Below the pieces are notes generated by a model. It ran no database searches. It had not been told where the DNA came from and saw only the letters and a program-made list of their open reading frames with translations. This document shows positions 52,257-61,112 of a DNA stretch of 64,000 nucleotides, piece by piece (positions within the stretch are counted from its first letter, which is position 1; each line of letters begins with the position of its first letter). The position numbers and the translations under genes are program-made. Source of the DNA: an uncultured Methanosarcinales archaeon (lineage in GTDB: Archaea; Nanobdellota; Nanobdellia; Woesearchaeales; CAYVYK01); assembly GCA_964455675.1 (NCBI GenBank), contig CAYVYK010000011.1, positions 1 to 64,000 on the forward strand, in the 5' to 3' direction.

Positions 52257-52529
52257 TTATAACACCGCTTCCTCGGTTACGGAAGGGTCGGCATCTTGTC
52301 CACGTAGGACAAGATACTCGTACGCCTTCTGAAGGACGAGGGACGCCTTTGGCAAATCATTCACCCGCAAGGAATTGGCAGTCTGCCATGTACCTTTTGG
52401 ATCCATATAGCGGCGCTGGAGAGAAATGGTTCGGTACTCGGCAGCCTTGCCATCCCTCGATGTGCCCTGATTTTTCCACACGGTTGCGGACACAGCTCCC
52501 GTGGTAAACTTCTTTTCTGGTGCTTGCAT
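52257..52529 (-). CDS. small putative ssDNA-binding-like protein
   Basis: VSATVWKN...ISLQRRYMD..G.W...SL...DLPK pattern; GAGGTGA RBS; start could be 52565. Confidence 0.6.
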   Translation of the reverse strand: MQAPEKKFTTGAVSATVWKNQGTSRDGKAAEYRTISLQRRYMDPKGTWQTANSLRVNDLPKASLVLQKAYEYLVLRGQDADPSVTEEAVL

Positions 52530-52886
52530 AACAATCACCTCATTGCTTTTCGCATTTTGTTTCATATCTCCCGTCGGATATCTCTTCACCGGAGATTGAG
52601 GATAGCTACTACACAGATGGGATTTCCTTAAATAGGTCATTTTAGCGGTTGGCCAGTGGCTCGTGCTTATTTTCTATATAGTAAATATTATACAAAAAAA
52701 TAATGACCGTGTGCGCGAAGGGTTCGCAATCATCCCTCACGCGGACAAACAGCGTCTCTCAGCGACATGTTAATCGCCACGCGACAAAGAAACATCGCAG
52801 CACACTTCACCCCGCGGTGAACTGTACTATTGGAGATGAGAGACACTACAAAGTCAGAAAGTAGATGTGACCCAACCTACCGGGAT

Positions 52887-53018
52887 TTACACATTCCGTC
52901 GCCTCAACCGAAGAAGAAGGCAGATGAGAATGGCCAGCCCGATGGGTACAACGATGTAGTGAAGCCAATCCACCCATGTGGGTGTTGAAAGGGCTTTCCA
53001 AAAACTCTCCCAGTTCAT
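52887..53018 (-). CDS. 43-aa single-pass membrane peptide (absent from the ORF track)
   Basis: AAGGAG RBS, then MNWESFWKALSTPTWVDWLHYIVVPIGLAILICLLLRLRRRNV-stop: TM plus basic tail. Confidence 0.6.
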   Translation of the reverse strand: MNWESFWKALSTPTWVDWLHYIVVPIGLAILICLLLRLRRRNV

Positions 53019-53077
53019 ATCACACTCCTTAGTTTTCGAGGATCCAGACTTGACTCTTCGGATTTCAGTTATCGGGC

Positions 53078-54040
53078 TTAAGGAACTGGATTACCCTGCT
53101 GCGGATCACCCTGAACAGGCTTTACGCTGCAGTGTTTCTTGTAGCAATCGTCCTTGCACCAGTCATACTGCAATCCCGCGGCAGTCTTGTCGTGATCGTA
53201 ATTGTTCGCACAGATTGAGAGGCCAGTGTACAAGCAGGCAAGCAGGACGCAACCACACACTGCAAGACCAAGCCAGAGCCCGCCACCACCACGCTTCAGG
53301 AGGCTTGCGAGACAGGCGACAACACCAGCAACACCGCAGGTCAGCATGCAGTTCTCAACACAGCCCTGCAAGCGGTTTCCGGCAAGCGTCATTGCGCGGT
53401 TGTACTGGTCCTTGCAATCATCGACGCATTCAGTGTATGCGGCAAGGTCACGGCAGTACATTTGAGCGTTCGTGCCTGCTTTCTCAACCAAATTCATCGC
53501 CAGGGGAACAAAGGAACGCTCACGCTCGGGAGGGCTAGCCTGCCAGACATCCATGCAGAAAGTGACGCCGGAGACCAAACAATACACATCACCGAGATCC
53601 ACCTTCAAGACAGCAGAACCAACCTCCGTCTGAAGATCGATGATGTCCAGCTGCTGATCGGCCGGAAGATCCATCCAACTGATGTCCTCAGCAAAGGACT
53701 CAACAACCGCTTCGAACGAGGCAGACGGATCAGTCACGCGAGACATGATGAGCACATAAGCTTCATCAAAGTCCGCATCCGCGTTCAAAACAATGTCCTC
53801 GCGGGCATTGTATTCCTCAAATCCCACGAAGCCCCGCTCCGAGAGCAGACGGAAGAATTCCTCCTGGAACTGGACGAGCTCGGGAGGAAACGCAATGACG
53901 GGATCGCCTGCGTCCTCCACAACTCCCATGGGAATTCTCGCCGGAGGATCGCCGAACAAGGGCTGCATGCTGAATGGCATGAGCAAAAGAACCAGGAAAA
54001 TCCCTTTCCACAACCGATACGTCATGAGAGAATTTGACAT
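53078..54040 (-). CDS. secreted protein with Cys-rich hydrophobic C-terminus
   Basis: AAGGAG RBS; signal peptide; repeated CxxxC around a hydrophobic hairpin. Confidence 0.7.
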   Translation of the reverse strand: MSNSLMTYRLWKGIFLVLLLMPFSMQPLFGDPPARIPMGVVEDAGDPVIAFPPELVQFQEEFFRLLSERGFVGFEEYNAREDIVLNADADFDEAYVLIMSRVTDPSASFEAVVESFAEDISWMDLPADQQLDIIDLQTEVGSAVLKVDLGDVYCLVSGVTFCMDVWQASPPERERSFVPLAMNLVEKAGTNAQMYCRDLAAYTECVDDCKDQYNRAMTLAGNRLQGCVENCMLTCGVAGVVACLASLLKRGGGGLWLGLAVCGCVLLACLYTGLSICANNYDHDKTAAGLQYDWCKDDCYKKHCSVKPVQGDPQQGNPVP

Positions 54041-54148
54041 GACTACTACTCCTTCTCGAAATGGGCACACGTGCCCGAACACACATCTACCGACGGCATT
54101 TCCACACCATGCGGAAAACAAAAACCGCTCGGCAGTTCCTTCCCATCC

Positions 54149-54185
54149 AAAAAGGGAAGCCGATCATGTGACTGATCGGCTTCCC
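54149..54185 (-). terminator. intrinsic terminator
   Basis: Perfect 13-bp stem gggaagccgatca/tgatcggcttccc, followed by T5 on the minus strand. Confidence 0.75.
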
Positions 54186-54213
54186 ATGCTACACACTCAG
54201 TCATTCCTCCAAT

Positions 54214-54624
54214 CTAGGAGGGCGGGAGACGCATCTTGCTCAATTCGCCTGCGCCCTGCAGAATGATGTGGTTGAAGGCCGCTTGCGCGATCTGCAGACA
54301 GGTCACCTCCCAGAGCCGGTTCTTCACCATGAGGGAGACGAAGTCGACCTGAGCTGAGAGGCACAGCTCGACATCGCGGCGGATCGACTTGAGCTCATCG
54401 ATCAGCTTCACGACATCAGGGAGAGTGAGGATCGGCTGCGCCTTGTGCTGCTCCATGTACTCGAGGACTTCCCGCATGCCGCCCGTGAATACCTCAAGGC
54501 CCGTAACGTCACGACCGTCGATGGCCTTGCGTCGATCAGGAGAACGCTTAACGTCACGATTGAGTAGATCTGTGAGCGCCTGGAAGTCCTCGACTTCTTT
54601 TTTGAATCCTTCAACGTCCGGCAT
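54214..54624 (-). CDS. hypothetical helical protein
   Basis: AAGGAG RBS; followed by a terminator. Confidence 0.65.
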   Translation of the reverse strand: MPDVEGFKKEVEDFQALTDLLNRDVKRSPDRRKAIDGRDVTGLEVFTGGMREVLEYMEQHKAQPILTLPDVVKLIDELKSIRRDVELCLSAQVDFVSLMVKNRLWEVTCLQIAQAAFNHIILQGAGELSKMRLPPS

Positions 54625-54735
54625 TGGAGCATCTCCTTTTACTAGTGCCGGCTCGTCCGCGCGCCGCCCACCGAGGGAGGACCGAACGAGAACAATAGAA
54701 CCACGGTATTATGATAGTTCTCCGGTGACCGCTGT

Positions 54736-54939
54736 TCACATGCCGATCAGGCGACTGATGAACCGCCAACTCACCCACAGCAGCCCGAGAACCGTTGTCC
54801 CGAACAGCAGGATGAGGAAGACGAGCACACACCACTGCAGTCCCGTCAAGCGCGGCAGTGGCGCTTCCGAAATCGATTCACACGCCGGACAGAACTCCGC
54901 ATCTTCCGGCAGTTCCGCACCACACTCTTCACATTGCAT
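54736..54939 (-). CDS. zinc-ribbon protein with C-terminal TM
   Basis: CEECGAELPEDAEFCPAC plus TM; AAGGAG RBS. Confidence 0.75.
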   Translation of the reverse strand: MQCEECGAELPEDAEFCPACESISEAPLPRLTGLQWCVLVFLILLFGTTVLGLLWVSWRFISRLIGM

Positions 54940-54987
54940 GTGGAACTCCTTGTACTACCCGCCAGACCGGAGGGAAGTTGTGGCAGT

Positions 54988-55326
54988 TCAGCTACAGGGT
55001 TTCGTGCACTCGACAGAGAGATCGAGCAGCACGCCATCGATCCGCAAGAACGGCTTGATGCGCTCGGCGACCACCTGTAGGTCTTCACGATTCTGCGCGA
55101 ACACAACTCCGTAGCGCGTCGGCGTGAGCACGCACTTGTCACGAACACGAACACACCTCGTGTCACAGAATGCGAACTCAACACTCTGCTCAAAAGGCAG
55201 CCCGTGCAGCGCCGTCAGGATGCACTCGAGCAGGGATGTCGCGTCATCGCCCGGAACACCGTTGACGAACGCAAGATGAATCTCGATCAACATTCGACGA
55301 ATCTCGAACAACATTCGATCGCCCAT
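54988..55326 (-). CDS. hypothetical protein
   Basis: AGGAG RBS; same orientation as neighbours. Confidence 0.5.
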   Translation of the reverse strand: MGDRMLFEIRRMLIEIHLAFVNGVPGDDATSLLECILTALHGLPFEQSVEFAFCDTRCVRVRDKCVLTPTRYGVVFAQNREDLQVVAERIKPFLRIDGVLLDLSVECTKPCS

Positions 55327-55373
55327 ACTTGCTCCTATCCAGTCGTGCGAGACGGCAGGCCAATGAGGTTTTG

Positions 55374-55422
55374 AAAATAAACGGGCCGCCGCACATCAGG
55401 TGAATCAGCGCGGCGGCCCGTT
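55374..55422 (-). terminator. intrinsic terminator after the GHKL ATPase
   Basis: 13-bp stem aacgggccgccgc/gcggcggcccgtt, followed by a T-rich tail on the minus strand. Confidence 0.65.
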
Positions 55423-55459
55423 CAGTAAGACAGACGCAGCCATCGTCATGTACCAATGG

Positions 55460-56995
55460 CTATTTACCTGGCTGGAATCGCATCGCATCCACGTAGGGAA
55501 GCATCCATGACTCCGCGACGTCGATGAAGCCAGGGACTTGCGCTTGATTTGGCGCCATCAGACCTGCAAGCCTCGTCGCCACGAGGAACCCGATGTACTG
55601 CTGCAGAGCGACGTTTCCATGCTGCTCCGCATCGATCATGTCACGATGGGTGAGGTTGATGACGATCGCGCGAGCTTCGTCACCACCAGAACCGAGGCGA
55701 GCCCGCCAGAGATTCCCATGAGTCTCGTCGCCCTCCTTGAAGACGATCCGAAGCTGGGAACTCTGGACCTTATACGCCCGAGGCTTACGCGCCTTTGGCT
55801 CAGCACGCCGAATACTTGGCACCTCGGCCTTCTTGCGCACCTTCTTGCGCGTCTGCGTTGGTGGAGGTTCGGGCGTTCGATCGGGCTTCTTGAAGAATTC
55901 GGGAACGAGCTCGGGATCCTGGAAGATGTCACTCTCCAGATTCCGGATGACGCGCTCCGCGACCTCCATGAGGCGATCTTCCTCGCGCTGCTCCTTCAAG
56001 CGCTCAAGCCAAGGCTCTCCGTAGTCGACGACGAACTGAAGAACCGCGTCCTGAAACGCCTCAAGACCCTCGTTGACCTCAAAGTTCGTGCGGTCAGGAT
56101 CGATCGTGCAGAAATCCACGCGGATGCGACCCTGCACATAACCGCATCCGAAGAAGTGACTGACCGCGGGCCAGACGTCACGAAGGTTCGACAGCGGGAA
56201 CGAATACTTCCCCTGGTGGTCGACGAGCACGCGCGGATTCTTCACCTGCGTGACCGTGAGGTAGACCTCAAAGGACACCGTACCGCGCGGAGTCTCGATG
56301 AGGAATTCCTCGCGTCTCCCAGGAAACTCGATGGGGTGGACGATCTTTTCGACGGGAACTCCTTTCTCGTCCACAACCTCAATCCGGATCTTGATGCCGG
56401 AATCGCGGATTCTTCCCGGGAACGTCTGGGCGATAGTATCGACGATCTCGTCGAGCAGGTTTGGGATCTTCGCGAGCCGCCGGATGTGAGCGCCGTCAAT
56501 ATCCTGAACATCAATGTAGCTCGACATCCCGGCATAACGGTCCTTGAACCCCCAGCTCACAGGCAAGTGCTTGCCAGCGAATTCGACGTCCCTTTGGCCC
56601 GCAACCGCCTCACGGTCCAGAATGATCTCGAAGAACGGGGGCGGATTGTGGACCGTTGCATCGCGCGTGATGATGCGGTACTTGGCTCCAACAGCGAGAG
56701 GCGCGAGATTACCGATGCCCTTCTCGCCGATGTCGTCATCACCCTTCTGACGCTGACCGACGCAGTTGATCCGACGAGTGATCTCCTCAAGCGACGCGCC
56801 AAGACCATCATCCCAGGACTGGAGACGCCGACGCTTGAGATTCAAGCGGATAAGCGCAGTCTGCGCCTTCTTGTCGAGGAGATTCTGCACGAGCTCCAAG
56901 ATGACCTGTTCGAGCGTTCCATACTTCTGAGCGAGGTAGAGGGCAACGTTGCCCTGGTGGTACCCAAGTTTAACACCGAACGTTTGTTCAATCAA
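55460..56995 (-). CDS. GHKL (HATPase_c, MORC/MutL-like) ATPase
   Basis: ELVQNLLD, DDGLG, GEKGIG Bergerat motifs; C-terminal IVINLTH; TTG start after a perfect AAGGAGGT. Confidence 0.8.
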   Translation of the reverse strand: MIEQTFGVKLGYHQGNVALYLAQKYGTLEQVILELVQNLLDKKAQTALIRLNLKRRRLQSWDDGLGASLEEITRRINCVGQRQKGDDDIGEKGIGNLAPLAVGAKYRIITRDATVHNPPPFFEIILDREAVAGQRDVEFAGKHLPVSWGFKDRYAGMSSYIDVQDIDGAHIRRLAKIPNLLDEIVDTIAQTFPGRIRDSGIKIRIEVVDEKGVPVEKIVHPIEFPGRREEFLIETPRGTVSFEVYLTVTQVKNPRVLVDHQGKYSFPLSNLRDVWPAVSHFFGCGYVQGRIRVDFCTIDPDRTNFEVNEGLEAFQDAVLQFVVDYGEPWLERLKEQREEDRLMEVAERVIRNLESDIFQDPELVPEFFKKPDRTPEPPPTQTRKKVRKKAEVPSIRRAEPKARKPRAYKVQSSQLRIVFKEGDETHGNLWRARLGSGGDEARAIVINLTHRDMIDAEQHGNVALQQYIGFLVATRLAGLMAPNQAQVPGFIDVAESWMLPYVDAMRFQPGK

Positions 56996-57407
56996 CGGCC
57001 ACCTCCTTGCGGTCACTTAGAACCCGCTCCCTCATCATTTCGCTCGTGATCGCACGAACTGCCTCGAGGAACTCATGGAATGACCCGCCGAGATCTTGTC
57101 GCAGACGCACCCGATAGGTGCTATCATCCTCGTTGACGAGTTGTCTCAGGAGCGGGGTCAGCACAATGATCTGATCACCAGCGAGCTTCACCACACGATC
57201 CAAGATTGGGGATTTGTGCTTACCGGCAAGCAGATCGTCCAGTAACTTGCGGTACTTCTTCGCGGGCTTCAAACCCTTCAGCCAGTTCTGGACAGTTGTT
57301 CGAGGAACTGCTTTTCCGGTCTCCTTTCGGAGGTGCACGACGAGTGCGGCAGCTCCCTGTAGGTCGTGCTGGGCCATATAGGCCTCGAGCCTTTCCTGGT
57401 ACATCAT
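56988..57407 (-). CDS. XRE-like helix-turn-helix protein
   Basis: VPRTTVQNWLKGLKP; ATG overlaps the upstream TGA. Confidence 0.6.
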   Translation of the reverse strand: MMYQERLEAYMAQHDLQGAAALVVHLRKETGKAVPRTTVQNWLKGLKPAKKYRKLLDDLLAGKHKSPILDRVVKLAGDQIIVLTPLLRQLVNEDDSTYRVRLRQDLGGSFHEFLEAVRAITSEMMRERVLSDRKEVAVD

Positions 57408-57691
57408 GACCCTCGCACTGGCATGATCAAGACCTTCGGCCGATGGGTACCATGCCATACTATTACACCATCGACCATGATTCGGTAGTGCTGCTTTGTT
57501 TCCTCCCGTCGCTTTTTGCGATGGAGCTGCTGGCACTCCCGAACCAACCGTTGTTCGGACACTCTCCTGCCCCGAAACCGCAGACGAAAATTTGCCAACA
57601 GACTCGCACGACGATCAGTGTCGTACGGGTGCATCGTCGGCGGTCTCACAGCAAGGAGAAACTCTGTTTCTCTTTGAGTGAGTTTCATCAT
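57404..57691 (-). CDS. small paralogue of the upstream Myb-like protein
   Basis: Shares FL..V.PP.M....R....F..RF and VDGV.VW.G..RP.V with 57737-58312. Confidence 0.65.
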   Translation of the reverse strand: MMKLTQRETEFLLAVRPPTMHPYDTDRRASLLANFRLRFRGRRVSEQRLVRECQQLHRKKRREETKQHYRIMVDGVIVWHGTHRPKVLIMPVRGS

Positions 57692-57736
57692 GATACATTC
57701 CCTCGGAGGACCGCGCGACCCTACGCGATGGCGCAA

Positions 57737-58312
57737 TCAGAGCGTCTCGGTCGTGACTGATCTGAGCTCGACGTTCGGACGCTTGGAACCTGACCACACC
57801 TGGACGCCGTCCACGAGGAGAATGAAGGATGCTCCCGGTGCGCATGCCATGACTTTCGCTTCGGCCGCCGGAGCTACGGGAATTGCCCCACGCTTCCGCA
57901 GGACGTAGAAGTGCTGCTGGATACTGCGCGACGTGACCTTGCAGCCGAACGTTCGGTTGAACTTTGCCGCGCGTCGCTTCCACGACCCGCTCCGCTCGCC
58001 GAGCCCGATGATGAACTGATCCTGCTCGGGAGTGTACGTGTGCAGCGGTCCGCGGCCGACCTTGTTATTGATCACTTTCGCGACCCTGGCCTTCGGCGGC
58101 ACAATCGCGACGGTCTTGCCGTGCATCTTCCAACACTTGCGGATGAGGGAAGAGTCCTTGACCCACGCCGGAACGGTGGGAAACCGGGCACGGAATGCAG
58201 CAACGAACGCCTCACGCGCCGCGCCGTCTACAGTCTTCATCGAGGGCGGCGTCACGGAAGCCAGATACTCCATCTGAACTCTTGAGTAACGATATTTCTT
58301 GTGTTTCTTCAT
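57737..58312 (-). CDS. Myb/SANT-like repeat DNA-binding protein
   Basis: YTPEQDQFII...WKRRAAKFNRTFG..VTSRSIQQHFYVLR; AAGGAG RBS. Confidence 0.6.
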   Translation of the reverse strand: MKKHKKYRYSRVQMEYLASVTPPSMKTVDGAAREAFVAAFRARFPTVPAWVKDSSLIRKCWKMHGKTVAIVPPKARVAKVINNKVGRGPLHTYTPEQDQFIIGLGERSGSWKRRAAKFNRTFGCKVTSRSIQQHFYVLRKRGAIPVAPAAEAKVMACAPGASFILLVDGVQVWSGSKRPNVELRSVTTETL

Positions 58313-58473
58313 GAGTGACTCCTTGTTCTTCACAGGCAAGGCCTGCACCAATTACCGTTGACCGTTTACGACCTTATATCACGCACCAGGTGCAGAAGAT
58401 GCACCAAGGGTTAGAAGAATGGAACCCGAGGCGATCACCAACTCAGGATGATCGACCAAGGAAAGAACTTCCC

Positions 58474-58512
58474 AAAAAAAGGAGCCGAGGCGCGGGGATG
58501 CACCCCGGCTCC
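58474..58512 (-). terminator. intrinsic terminator
   Basis: Minus strand GGAGCCGGGGTGC-loop-GCGCCTCGGCTCC-T7 (stem with G-U pairs). Confidence 0.7.
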
Positions 58513-58643
58513 ATGGAAGCGCGACCCGTCGACAACCGCGCATGCCAACAAGTCAACTCCTCTCCCTTCCTTCCTCCTCCAATTTTTTGAAGAGATCGGA
58601 GCGCGCCTCCGAGATGTGCGCGGTAGGAGTTTACTCTCAAATG

Positions 58644-59489
58644 TCAGAGCTTAGGTACGGCTGGAATTGTCTGCACCATGATACCCACAAAGGCGGCAAT
58701 CATCCCCAGGTAGACTCCAAGGACGAGAAAAATCTGCCACCAGCGCATTGCAGGGGGGGCCTCCACCTTTCTCCGTGCATCATCCAGAATTCCGTGAGCG
58801 ATGAGAGCGTCCGGAGTGCTCAGACGATCCTCATGCTGCGCCAAGAATTTGCCCATGCGCTCAAGAATTCTTGGCGCAACGAACAGATTCTCATAGTCCC
58901 GTCTGATACTGCTGAGCGACATCAAGGCGAGCAGCCCGAAAAACATGGTGTTCCTCGGACTGCCCAGATATACTGCCAGCAGGAAGAGTCCGCCGATAGC
59001 GGCCACCTTCAGACTGAACCCGAGAACGCGGTGCACGGAGTAGGCAACCTCACTAACGATTCCGCCGCCATCGAGCGGATAGATCGGCAGGAGGTTGAAG
59101 AGGTTGATGAGCGCGCAGATCAGCGCTGCCCTTGCACAGAAGATGTTGCCAGTGTGCACGAAAATCTGCGCGAGCACAACGCAAAACAGGAAACCAAACA
59201 TCGGACCCATGAGGTAGATGATAGCTTCCTGCCAGCGAGTCTTGGCACGCTCGGCACTCAGCGCGACGCCCCCCATGAAGGGAATCATGAACACGCCGAG
59301 CGTCTTTATCTTGAAGAATCGGGACGCGGACAAGTGGCCCTGCTCGTGCACGAAGATCATGAGGAGCAGGATCCCGCCCGTTGCCCAGCCGAATAGAAGC
59401 GCGTAGGCAAGGAGCGATGCCACGAAGAGAACAAGCTTGGTCCGCAAAGCGTGTTCCTTCACCTGCGTTGCCATGAATGACATACTCAT
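58644..59489 (-). CDS. site-2 protease / M50 metalloprotease
   Basis: HEQGH, IPFMGGVA, MGP, NLFNLLPIYPLDGG. Confidence 0.9.
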   Translation of the reverse strand: MSMSFMATQVKEHALRTKLVLFVASLLAYALLFGWATGGILLLMIFVHEQGHLSASRFFKIKTLGVFMIPFMGGVALSAERAKTRWQEAIIYLMGPMFGFLFCVVLAQIFVHTGNIFCARAALICALINLFNLLPIYPLDGGGIVSEVAYSVHRVLGFSLKVAAIGGLFLLAVYLGSPRNTMFFGLLALMSLSSIRRDYENLFVAPRILERMGKFLAQHEDRLSTPDALIAHGILDDARRKVEAPPAMRWWQIFLVLGVYLGMIAAFVGIMVQTIPAVPKL

Positions 59490-60343
59490 CCTCGATCCTG
59501 CGGCTTCGCAATCCAGGCAGACCAGAGCGGAAAGCTCAGGCCTTCGCGCACGAGGGTGGCAAGCACGGGAAGCCGCAGGGTATCGTGCTTACCGACCGAA
59601 CCTTTCGATGGCGCCCCGTGAACACGCAGCTTCAGCATCCGCACGATGTCCGCGATGACAGCGAGCGGATTTCGTTCGCCAGGTTCACGCTGAACTGCCA
59701 TACCGCACATCCAGTCGGCAGGAAGCAGGACATCTGCGTCGAGCGACGGAATCGAGATTGCACGCGAGGTCAGAGGCTGGAGGGATGCCAGCACAGCCTC
59801 TGACAACTTCCACACATTCTTCAGTTCGGGACTCTCCTCGCAATGCGTCAGGTACAGCGTGTCCTTGTCACCAAGAGGGATCGCGACGACGACTCCGGGC
59901 TGTACCGCGGACCGAAAGACTGACGCATCGCGCAGCAGCAGCATCTTGCCATCCGCGATCGCCTCGCCCACGCACACGTCAAGTGACAGAACGACAGCGG
60001 CGAGGAGATAGGGCGGCTCGGATGCGCAAAGATAGGACCGCACCGGCGCGCCGATCTGATCCGCCACAAACTCGCAGAGAAAATCGCGGTTATAGCCAAC
60101 CAGTACCTTCATCTCCGGAATCAAAGTGAGAGAAGGCCTGCAGCGTGGAGCGAGCTGGGTCATGAAGTCCTGCTGCACAAACATTGCAGGACTGACGTTA
60201 TCAGGGTACCAGTGGCACGTGCCGCCGACAAGACGCTCGACCGCGTTCACGATCGCAGCGGCGGAGTGCACCGATGTTCCGATGTTACGCTCTATTCCGA
60301 TCATAGCACCTCCATGTTCATCCCCTTGAAGCCGAATCAACAC
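59486..60343 (-). CDS. hypothetical protein
   Basis: Fills the operon gap; stop overlaps the start of the protease gene. Confidence 0.55.
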   Translation of the reverse strand: MLIRLQGDEHGGAMIGIERNIGTSVHSAAAIVNAVERLVGGTCHWYPDNVSPAMFVQQDFMTQLAPRCRPSLTLIPEMKVLVGYNRDFLCEFVADQIGAPVRSYLCASEPPYLLAAVVLSLDVCVGEAIADGKMLLLRDASVFRSAVQPGVVVAIPLGDKDTLYLTHCEESPELKNVWKLSEAVLASLQPLTSRAISIPSLDADVLLPADWMCGMAVQREPGERNPLAVIADIVRMLKLRVHGAPSKGSVGKHDTLRLPVLATLVREGLSFPLWSAWIAKPQDRG

Positions 60344-60351
60344 GCCACCTG

Positions 60352-61029
60352 CTAGTCCTTAGCCGTGTGCGCGTCCGCGATGGCGTCCTCGATACACACA
60401 AGCAGGAGCGCGTGGGGAAGCGAGATGCCGCTCTCGTAATCCACGATAGTGACGACGTAAGTATCGCCATCTACGAACGTGGCCTCGCGATCGACATCAT
60501 AGTCGACGTTCCCCGCCAGGTCCTTGAGCTTGTGATTACTCCAGGCCATGTTGCCGTGCTTTTCCGAGCGGCCGACTTCCTTCTTGTCTGCGTCGTAAAA
60601 GTGGAAAACGTAGCTCAGTGGAGAGAACAAGCTGTCGAACGACTCCTCGCCGATGTGGCCGGTGACCTTGCCGCTGCCGTCGTAACAAATCGCGGCGCGG
60701 TTCCACTGAAAGAACCCCTTCTGCTCCTCCTCGCGAGCAATCACTTTGCCATCACTTGCCGCGAGCGTGAAGATGTCGCCGAAGGTTTTCCACGATTTAC
60801 CCTTCACGGTGGCGACGATCTCCTTGTTGACAATGAGGTCGTAGTGCTTGCCAAAGGAGAAGCGCTTCTCGCGGACGGTGATCGACCTCGCCGCGAACAG
60901 CTTGTCCATCGGCTTGTCGGTGCAGACCGGGTAATCGTCGACGAACGCGTAGCCGACCACGCTGACCAGAATTATGATCGCGGGCACCAGAAGGATGAGG
61001 GACTTGCTCGATTTCATGCTGGATTTCAT
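60352..61029 (-). CDS. LURP-one/tubby/scramblase-like protein with N-terminal TM
   Basis: VREKRFSFGKHYDL...VKGK...GDIFTL repeated beta-hairpins; terminal helix LLLVCIEDAI. Confidence 0.65.
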   Translation of the reverse strand: MKSSMKSSKSLILLVPAIIILVSVVGYAFVDDYPVCTDKPMDKLFAARSITVREKRFSFGKHYDLIVNKEIVATVKGKSWKTFGDIFTLAASDGKVIAREEEQKGFFQWNRAAICYDGSGKVTGHIGEESFDSLFSPLSYVFHFYDADKKEVGRSEKHGNMAWSNHKLKDLAGNVDYDVDREATFVDGDTYVVTIVDYESGISLPHALLLVCIEDAIADAHTAKD

Positions 61030-61112
61030 ATTTGATACCTCATGCGGGAACTTGCAGGGAGTTCCCGTACACCAAGGCACCCTGCTGCCTCTGTTGTTGA
61101 TTCTGCTGTTGC

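Noticed and set aside
55538..57049. 503-aa plus-strand ORF
   Set aside because: Antisense shadow of the GHKL ATPase in GC-rich DNA; no motifs
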